From positions 42,236 to 106,235 of the forward strand of contig JBKQKO010000098.1 of the NCBI GenBank assembly GCA_052147455.1: a stretch of DNA of 64,000 bases, written 5' to 3'. The notes under the pieces are model-generated. The model worked only from the letters and a program-made list of their open reading frames with translations. It did no database searches and was not told the origin of the DNA. Origin of the DNA: Desulfobaccales bacterium (GTDB taxonomy: Bacteria; Desulfobacterota; Desulfobaccia; Desulfobaccales; 0-14-0-80-60-11). Positions 57,714 to 64,000 of the stretch are shown in pieces. The position numbers were made by a program, and so were the translations under genes. Numbering within the stretch: the first letter of the stretch is position 1; the number at the start of each line of letters is the position of its first letter.

Positions 57714-58148
57714 CTAGGAGCCGTTCCAAGGGAGCGCCTGCTCCTTACGGTAGGCCAGGGCCTGGCAGGAGGCCACCAGGCTTCCCCGGGGGTCGGTGAC
57801 TTCGATGAAGTAGGTGGCGGTGCGCCGCCCGGCGTGGAGTTCCCGGGTCCGGGCCGTCAGGCGCTCCCCCATCCGGGGGGCGGCGTGGAAGGTCAGATTC
57901 ATATTAAGGGCCACCGCCACCGAGCCATGGGCATTGCAGGCGGCCTGGAAGGCCTCGTCGATCAAGGCGAAGATCGCGGTGCCGTGCACCATCCCCAGGA
58001 TGTTGGCCATCTCCGGGCGGCAGCTCATCCCCACCCGAGCCCGCCCGGGGCCCAACTCCTCCAGCTCCAGGCCGAAATGGCGGCTGATCCCCTGGGCCTC
58101 CACCCGTTCCTGGAAGGCCGCTAAAAAAGTTTCGTTGACTTGGCTCAT
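57714..58148 (-). CDS. PaaI/hotdog-fold thioesterase
   Basis: GMVHGTAIFALIDEAF..A motif. The ATG at 58148 has RBS GGGGGAGA. Confidence 0.8.
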   Translation of the reverse strand: MSQVNETFLAAFQERVEAQGISRHFGLELEELGPGRARVGMSCRPEMANILGMVHGTAIFALIDEAFQAACNAHGSVAVALNMNLTFHAAPRMGERLTARTRELHAGRRTATYFIEVTDPRGSLVASCQALAYRKEQALPWNGS

Positions 58149-58223
58149 TTCTCCCCCGCTGAAGAAGGTTTTCAGTTTTTGGTTCGCTGGAACTGAATCC
58201 CGGATTAGCAAGCCGGGCGCATC

Positions 58224-59147
58224 TTACGCGCCTTTTCCTTGCAAGTGAACGCCAGTTTGAGCTGACTTTTCGGTTTCTGCTACCAGCGTTTCTGCTGAAA
58301 ACTGATAGCCCTTCTCATAAATCTCCGGAAACTGGTTTTTCCAGCGCCGATGAAGCCAGAGCCACTGGGCCGGCTCGGCCCGGATCCAGGCCTCGATGGC
58401 CCGGTTCTGGAGTTCCAGGTGCCGGATCAGGTCCGCCTGGGCCTCACCGGTCTTCACCATGGGAATGGCCGGAAAATACACCACCAAGTGGCGCCCGTCG
58501 GGGAGCCGCCGGGACAGGCCGGGCAATACCGGCACGCCGCGGGCCCGGGCCAGCAGCGCCGCAATCGGAGTGGTACGGGCCGGATGACCGAAAAAGTCCA
58601 CCAGTAACCCTTCCTCCGCCGCGGTGTTCTGGTCGATGACAATCCCCACTATCTGGTTCTGTTTCAGGAGGCGAAGGATCTCCTTCAGGCCCCGCTGCTT
58701 GGCCACCATCCGGTTACCTCCCCGTTGCCGCATATATCTTGCCAGCCCCCGGGCCCAGGGGTGGTCCAGTTCCCGGCCCACCACCGCCACCGGCCCATGC
58801 TTCAGGCCCAAGCCCATGACGGTGTATTCCCAGTTGCCGGCGTGGGCCGCAACCGCAATCAGCCCCCGGCCCTGGGCCAGGGCCGCCTCTACGTGCTCCT
58901 GCCCCACAACGATCACCTTGCGGCGAATCCGGGCCAGGGGCGCCAGGAGCAGTTCCAGCACCTCGAAGCCAAACAGGACAAAGTGGCGAAAGACCTCCCG
59001 GGCCAGACGTTCCCGGGATTCGGGGGCCAACTCCGGCCCGTAGGCGAACTCCAGGTTTCGCAAGGTGATGCGCCGGTGCCGGGCGTCCAGCCGATACCAG
59101 AAGCCGGCCAGGACGCTGGCCAGTTTAGCTATCCAGGGTTGAGCCAC
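58224..59147 (-). CDS. LpxL/HtrB-family lipid A (Kdo2-lipid IVA) late acyltransferase
   Basis: 307 aa. AHAGNWE catalytic H-box and a DQN..... motif typical of lauroyl/myristoyl acyltransferases. Confidence 0.8.
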   Translation of the reverse strand: MAQPWIAKLASVLAGFWYRLDARHRRITLRNLEFAYGPELAPESRERLAREVFRHFVLFGFEVLELLLAPLARIRRKVIVVGQEHVEAALAQGRGLIAVAAHAGNWEYTVMGLGLKHGPVAVVGRELDHPWARGLARYMRQRGGNRMVAKQRGLKEILRLLKQNQIVGIVIDQNTAAEEGLLVDFFGHPARTTPIAALLARARGVPVLPGLSRRLPDGRHLVVYFPAIPMVKTGEAQADLIRHLELQNRAIEAWIRAEPAQWLWLHRRWKNQFPEIYEKGYQFSAETLVAETEKSAQTGVHLQGKGA

Positions 59148-59304
59148 GATTATACCTGGACCTCCTTTTGATACCCACCGCCTAAGTCCTGCACCACCTT
59201 CCCGCCTAGGCCGGGCGTCCCGCCTGCCTCACCGGCAGGGCCGCTAAGACGCGCCCGGCGCCCGGCGCCCTGAGCTGCGCTCGGAAGATGGCCGTAACTG
59301 TTCC

Positions 59305-59973
59305 CTAGCCCCGCCGGCCATAAAGGAGCATGGCCTCTTCCCCCACCAGTTGGGCGATACGGGCCAGCAGCAGTCTCCGGGCCAATTCATAGGCCCCCCT
59401 CCGGCCCCAATAAAACGGACTGTTATAATTGAAGACCGCCCAGCTCCAGCTGGCCAGCCGGTACAGCCGATGGTGCACAATGAACCGGCTCACCGGATGA
59501 TTTCTTACGTTTTGATAAACGCCATAGTAACGGATAATGGATTGCAGTTCCAGGTCCTTAAAGGTGCGGATGGGAGCGGTCTCCAGCCAGGCCGCCAGCC
59601 GGCTTCCCACCCGGTTATGGAGAGCCAGCAGATCCGCCAGGGAGGCCTTGAGCAGCGGCTCCTCCTCCTGGGGGAAATAGACGCCGGCAATCTCCTTCAT
59701 AATCTCCAGGGACTGCTCCTGAATGGCGTAAAAGGAGAGGGCCGTTTCGGGCCAGCGATTCCAGAGATAGCGGCGGCGGCGGCTCCGGATAATTTCCAGG
59801 GCGGCCCGGTCTTCGGGCCGCTGGCCGCTGGGCCGGGGCAGCTCGCAGCCGCCAGGCCGGGCCATGATGTCCGTCAACATCCGCCTCCTGGTCCAGAAGC
59901 GCATAGCCGCCAGGGAGGCGAGCCAGAGGATAGCCAGGCTCGCCATAGCCGGAATGATCCAGGGATTTTCCAT
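59305..59973 (-). CDS. Hypothetical membrane-anchored protein
   Basis: An N-terminal TM (IIPAMASLAILWLASLAAM) followed by a helical domain. No family recognised. Confidence 0.45.
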   Translation of the reverse strand: MENPWIIPAMASLAILWLASLAAMRFWTRRRMLTDIMARPGGCELPRPSGQRPEDRAALEIIRSRRRRYLWNRWPETALSFYAIQEQSLEIMKEIAGVYFPQEEEPLLKASLADLLALHNRVGSRLAAWLETAPIRTFKDLELQSIIRYYGVYQNVRNHPVSRFIVHHRLYRLASWSWAVFNYNSPFYWGRRGAYELARRLLLARIAQLVGEEAMLLYGRRG

Positions 59974-59986
59974 TAAGTTGCGAGAT

Positions 59987-60082
59987 GTAGGGGCGACTCG
60001 CTGGGTCGCCCAGTTTCGAGTCCCGATTTTTTTTAGAAAATCAGATGGTGTATTAAACGGGCGACCCAAGGGTCGCCCCTAG
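59987..60082. repeat. Pair of inverted GC palindromes (TAGGGGCGACTCGCTGGGTCGCCC ... GGGCGACCCAAGGGTCGCCCCTA)
   Basis: Read directly. Intergenic, flanking a T8 run. Confidence 0.6.
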
Positions 60083-60085
60083 CGG

Positions 60086-61213
60086 TCAGCGACTCAGCCC
60101 CTGGTACACCGCCTCCACCGCGGCGGCCATCTGTTCCACGGAGAACCTGGCCGCCACCAGTTCCCGGCCCCGCCGGCCCAGTTCCCGGCGATGGCGCGCA
60201 TCCGCCAGCAACCGCCGCAGGGCCAGGGTCAGGGCGGCGGCATCCCGGGGGGGCGCCAGCAAACCCGTTTGGCCTTGCAGCACCACCTCCGGGATGCCCC
60301 CCACCGCGCTGCCCACCACCGGCTTGGCCATGGCCATGGCCTGGAGCAGGGATTGGGGCACCCCTTCATTGGCATAGGAGGCCAGGATCACCGCGTCCAT
60401 CAGGGCCAGCCAGGGCGCCACCTCATCCTGGTAGCCTACCAGGCGCACCCAAGCCTCCAGGCCCAGTTCCCGAACCTTCTCGGCAATCACCACCCGGTAG
60501 GGCCCCTCCCCTACCACCAACAGATAGGCCGGCTCCCCGGCCCGGACCAGGTCCGCCAGGGCCTCCAGTAGATAGAGGTGGCCCTTCCAGGAACGCAACA
60601 CCGCCACCGTCCCCAAGACCAGGGCCTCTTCCGGGATCTGCAGCCGGGCCAGCAGCTCCCGGTCTTTTTCCCGGGGGCTAAATTCCTCCAGGGAGACTCC
60701 CGTCGGAATGGAAAACAACCGGCTGGCCGGGACTCCCAGGCGCTGCCGCAAAATCTGGCGGGTGACTTCGCCGGTACTGATCACGGCCCCGGGGGCCCGG
60801 TATAGCCAGCGAGTGGGGAGATTGTTCTGCACCCGGGTGGAGAGATGACGCGTGCGCACCAGATGGGGGCGATTCCCCAGACTGCGCCAGGCCAGGGCGC
60901 CGATCCAGGAGTCCAGGGAACTATGGGTATTCAAGATGTCTATCGCTTGCTCCCGAAGCAGACGCCGCAAGCGTCGCCAGGCCACCAGCGAGCGCATCCC
61001 GCCGCAGGTTAGGGGAAAACTGGGAAATCCCCGCCCCCGGGCCCGCCGATACAGCTCCCCCCGGGGGTCACAGGCCAGGAGCAGGCGGTGGCCCCGCCTC
61101 TGCATGGCCTCGGCCTCCGCCAGGATGCGGCGCTCCTGGCCGCCCCACCCCAGGGAGGACTCGGTGTGCAGGATGGTATAAGTTGCCGGCAGCGGCCTAA
61201 CGGACATCAACAA
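60086..61213 (-). CDS. Glycosyltransferase family 4 (GT-B fold)
   Basis: N-terminal GG.E. motif and a C-terminal E(x7)E-type region (EG.P.SLLQAMAM.KPVV.S.VGGIPEVV). Confidence 0.85.
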   Translation of the reverse strand: MLMSVRPLPATYTILHTESSLGWGGQERRILAEAEAMQRRGHRLLLACDPRGELYRRARGRGFPSFPLTCGGMRSLVAWRRLRRLLREQAIDILNTHSSLDSWIGALAWRSLGNRPHLVRTRHLSTRVQNNLPTRWLYRAPGAVISTGEVTRQILRQRLGVPASRLFSIPTGVSLEEFSPREKDRELLARLQIPEEALVLGTVAVLRSWKGHLYLLEALADLVRAGEPAYLLVVGEGPYRVVIAEKVRELGLEAWVRLVGYQDEVAPWLALMDAVILASYANEGVPQSLLQAMAMAKPVVGSAVGGIPEVVLQGQTGLLAPPRDAAALTLALRRLLADARHRRELGRRGRELVAARFSVEQMAAAVEAVYQGLSR

Positions 61214-61256
61214 TCCTTATTATTAGCTGTCAGCCGTCAGCTATTGGCTTTTTGGC

Positions 61257-62447
61257 TTAGGGCTTATTGGTTTTTGTGTTTTTGCTAACCGCGGACCGCG
61301 GATAGCTGTTTTTCTGCCAAAGTTCCAGATAAAGCCGCTCCAGCCCGGCCAGCATCGCCTCCAGGGAATAGTGCTCCCGGATGGTGAGGCGAGCCGCGGC
61401 TCCCAAACGGGCCCGGAGTTTCGGCCGCCGGTAGAGCTCCACCAGGACCCGGCCCAGGGCCTCCGGCTCTGCGGGGGCCACCAGCCGGCCATTGATCCCA
61501 TCCTCAATGAGCTCCAGGACGCCGCTCACCCGGGTGGCCAGGACCGGCAAACCGGCCCCCATGGCCTTGAGGAGGGCCAGGGGCAGCCCCTCCCAGAGGG
61601 AGGGTTGCACATAGAGGTCCAGGGCCCGATAAATGAGGGCCAGGTCCCGGCGGGTTCCCAGGAAGCGAACCCGATCGGCCAGCCCCAGTTCCCGGGCCTG
61701 GCGTTCCAGGGCTTGCCGTTGGCGGCCCTCACCCACCAAAATCAGGGTCGCCTCGGGGATCTGCCGGCGCACCCCAGCCATGGCCGCCAGCAGGTTCTTC
61801 TGCCCTTTTTGTTCCTCCAGGCGCCCCACCGCGCCCAGGACGAACCCGGAAACCGAAAGGAGGCCGCGGGCTTCCTCCGCGCTGAGGTCCGTTTCCAGCT
61901 CCGCCAGGTCGATCCCGTAAGGCAGGAGCAGCAGGCGGGAGGCCGGCACGCCGTCATAGCGGCGCACGTCCTCCCAGACCTGGGCGCTGCCCACCAGAAT
62001 CCGGTCCGAAGTCCAGCCCAGGAGATGATTCCACAGGCGCCGATGGAATTTTACCCGGGTATAGGAGTTGTGCACCGCGGCCACTACCCCGGGTAAACCC
62101 AGACCCAGGGCGGCCAGGCGGCCATAGAGATTGGGATGGTACAGGTGGGTGTGCAGGATGTCCGGCCTGATTTCCTTCAGGAGGCGCCGCACCGCCGCGG
62201 CCAGCCGCCAGGCAGAGGCATTTTTGAGATCCAGGCCCAGAGAGTGCACCGGATAGCCGGCGGCGGCAAGTTCCGCCCCCACCGGGCCGGGAGCCTCGAG
62301 ACAGGCCACCTCGGGGGCAAAGCGCCGGGGAGGCAGGCCCCGGACGATGGCCGCCACCAGATCTTCGGCGCCCCCCACCGGCAGGCTCGCCAGCAGGTGC
62401 ACGACCTTGAGGGGCCGCTCCGGCAATGGGCTCTGCTTTCCCTCCAT
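61257..62447 (-). CDS. Glycosyltransferase family 4 (GT-B fold)
   Basis: GGAEDLV at the N-terminus. C-terminal WEGLPLALLKAMGAGLPVLATRVSGV.ELIEDG.NG. Confidence 0.85.
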   Translation of the reverse strand: MEGKQSPLPERPLKVVHLLASLPVGGAEDLVAAIVRGLPPRRFAPEVACLEAPGPVGAELAAAGYPVHSLGLDLKNASAWRLAAAVRRLLKEIRPDILHTHLYHPNLYGRLAALGLGLPGVVAAVHNSYTRVKFHRRLWNHLLGWTSDRILVGSAQVWEDVRRYDGVPASRLLLLPYGIDLAELETDLSAEEARGLLSVSGFVLGAVGRLEEQKGQKNLLAAMAGVRRQIPEATLILVGEGRQRQALERQARELGLADRVRFLGTRRDLALIYRALDLYVQPSLWEGLPLALLKAMGAGLPVLATRVSGVLELIEDGINGRLVAPAEPEALGRVLVELYRRPKLRARLGAAARLTIREHYSLEAMLAGLERLYLELWQKNSYPRSAVSKNTKTNKP

Positions 62448-62546
62448 TAACGAATTATATCAAAATTGCCGCCGGCCGGCGGCAATTTCGCAGATTTCAG
62501 GCCCTTGACAGGCCCGCCCCCTTTTGTTAAGAAAAACCATGGGCGT

Positions 62547-62622
<76 letters not shown>

Positions 62623-62786
62623 AAATTAGACAGTAATTAAGGCAAGTTACAGGTGGCGACCCTGAACTTGCCTTTTCCATTTTGGAGCAATGTGCACCAT
62701 AACTGACCTGACAGCCCCACGACTGACAGCCTCCAGAGTTAAACCCGATTCCAGCAAACTGGATATTTTCCGGGACCCCTGGCTGC

Positions 62787-64000
62787 TCAGCGATAAGCAG
62801 TCGCCTGGATCTGGAAAAGCTGGGCATACTTGCCCCCTTGTTGGATAAGCTCTTCATGGGTGCCGTGTTCGCTGATACTGCCATCTGCCAGCACATAGAT
62901 GTAATCCGCCAGCCGGACCGTGGAAAAGCGATGGCTGATGAGGAGGACCATGCGCCCCGGGACCCGCGGCCGCAAGTACTTGAAGACTTCGTATTCAGCC
63001 CGGGCATCCAGCCAACTGGTGGGCTCGTCGAGGATAAGCAGTTGGGCCTGCCGCAGGAAGGCCCGGGCCAGGGCCACCTTTTGCCATTCACCCAGGCTCA
63101 GTTCCCCCTGGTCTTCAAACTCATGGCCCAGGATGGTGTCGTAGCCCCGGGGCAGCCTCTGGAGAAAGGCATCGGCCTGGGCCTGGCGGGCCGCCACATA
63201 GACCTTCTCATCCCCTGGCGCCAGGCTGGTGTCTCCCAACCAGATATTTTCCCGAGCCGTCAGGGCGTAACGGGCGTAATCTTGAAAGAGTAGACTCACC
63301 TGCCTTCTTAAGTCCCTGGGATCAAATTGGCGCAAGTCGATGCCGTCAACGGTAATCTGCCCGGCCGCCGGATCATAGAGCCGGCACAGCAGCTTGGCGA
63401 GGCTGGTCTTCCCTGAGCCGTTTTCGCCCACCAGGGCCACCACCTGACCGGGCAAGATGCGGAGATTGATATCCTCCAATACCGCTCTGGCTCCGTTGGG
63501 ATAATGAAAATGGAGGTGGTCGAGGATGATGCCTTCCTTGATGGGGAGGGGAAACGCCGCGGGGTGCGGGGGAGCCGCCAGCCTCGGTTTGAGATCCAGG
63601 AATTCATTAAAATTGGCCAGAAACAGGTTGTCTTCATAAAGGCGGGTGAGACTGCTCCAGATCTCCTGGAGCGAGCTTTGGGCCCGTTGAAAGGCGCCAT
63701 AGTACATGACCATCCCCCCCAGGGTGATGGCGCCGGCCACTGCCTGGTAGGCGACATAGGCCAGGACCCCAAAGATTGCCGCAGTGGCGCTGGCCTGGGT
63801 AGTCAAATCCGCCAGGGAACGGCGGCTGGAGATCTTGAGCCTATCCACCCGGAGCCTCTGGCGCAAGGCCCGGAAGCGATCCCGGAAGAGCGTCCCCAGG
63901 GCAAAGATCCTGATTTCCTTGGCATAACTGCCGTCGGTCAGGATCCAGTGGAAATAGGCAGCCCGCCTCTGGTCCTGGGTGTGGCGGCGCTGCCAAGCAT
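62787..64000 (-). CDS. ABC exporter, fused permease/ATPase (MsbA/multidrug type); 5' end lies outside the window
   Basis: Walker A GENGSGKTS, signature LSLGEWQK, Walker B LLILDEP. The reading frame stays open to the window edge. Confidence 0.85.
   Translation of the reverse strand, partial: AWQRRHTQDQRRAAYFHWILTDGSYAKEIRIFALGTLFRDRFRALRQRLRVDRLKISSRRSLADLTTQASATAAIFGVLAYVAYQAVAGAITLGGMVMYYGAFQRAQSSLQEIWSSLTRLYEDNLFLANFNEFLDLKPRLAAPPHPAAFPLPIKEGIILDHLHFHYPNGARAVLEDINLRILPGQVVALVGENGSGKTSLAKLLCRLYDPAAGQITVDGIDLRQFDPRDLRRQVSLLFQDYARYALTARENIWLGDTSLAPGDEKVYVAARQAQADAFLQRLPRGYDTILGHEFEDQGELSLGEWQKVALARAFLRQAQLLILDEPTSWLDARAEYEVFKYLRPRVPGRMVLLISHRFSTVRLADYIYVLADGSISEHGTHEELIQQGGKYAQLFQIQATAYR

Overview
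The window is a chromosomal segment from a GC-rich bacterium. The Mla lipid-transport genes and an LpxL-type acyltransferase indicate a diderm. The ferredoxin-dependent 2-oxoacid oxidoreductase, several radical SAM enzymes and an EhaR-like gene suggest an anaerobe. No taxon can be assigned from sequence alone.

Layout, in window order:
1. 1-7.5 kb: repeat-rich intergenic DNA, an hsp20-lon operon, a PfkB sugar kinase, an EhaR-like HAD protein and a gamma-glutamyltransferase.
2. 7.9-15.4 kb: a tightly packed plus-strand cassette of a CDC48/VCP-type double-AAA+ ATPase, a GntR/FCD regulator, a four-subunit (gamma-delta-alpha-beta) 2-oxoacid:ferredoxin oxidoreductase and an oxalate/formate-antiporter-family MFS transporter.
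3. 15.7-19.3 kb: an SDR, a YHS-domain protein and the hopanoid side-chain genes hpnK and hpnJ.
4. 19.6-28.5 kb: a NarL-type two-component pair, then a Tad/Flp pilus operon (three tandem flp pilin genes, cpaB, cpaE/tadZ, cpaF/tadA, tadB, tadC). One flp gene is too short for the ORF track. No secretin, prepilin peptidase or pseudopilin gene is visible.
5. 29.3-51.3 kb: a compositionally mosaic accessory island whose segments range from moderately to very AT-rich. It abuts the 3' end of tRNA-Leu(GAG), contains two ~0.65-0.73 kb direct repeats carrying transposase fragments, and is packed with envelope-glycosylation genes:
   - four large GT-C-like polytopic membrane proteins
   - five GT2 enzymes
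   - a UPF0104/HpnL-like flippase-like protein
   - an ArnE/F-like small transporter
   - a radical SAM/SPASM enzyme
   - a GDP-mannose-3,5-epimerase-like enzyme
   - an RGP/GT75-like gene interrupted at a G7 tract
6. 51.4-64 kb: core genes again. These are secG, tpiA, pgk, mlaEFDC, a PaaI thioesterase, an LpxL-type acyltransferase, two GT4 genes, tRNA-Ala(GGC) and a 5'-truncated ABC exporter.

Several dispersed palindromic repeat families occupy intergenic DNA. All functional calls rest on motif and family recognition by eye; no database search was possible.
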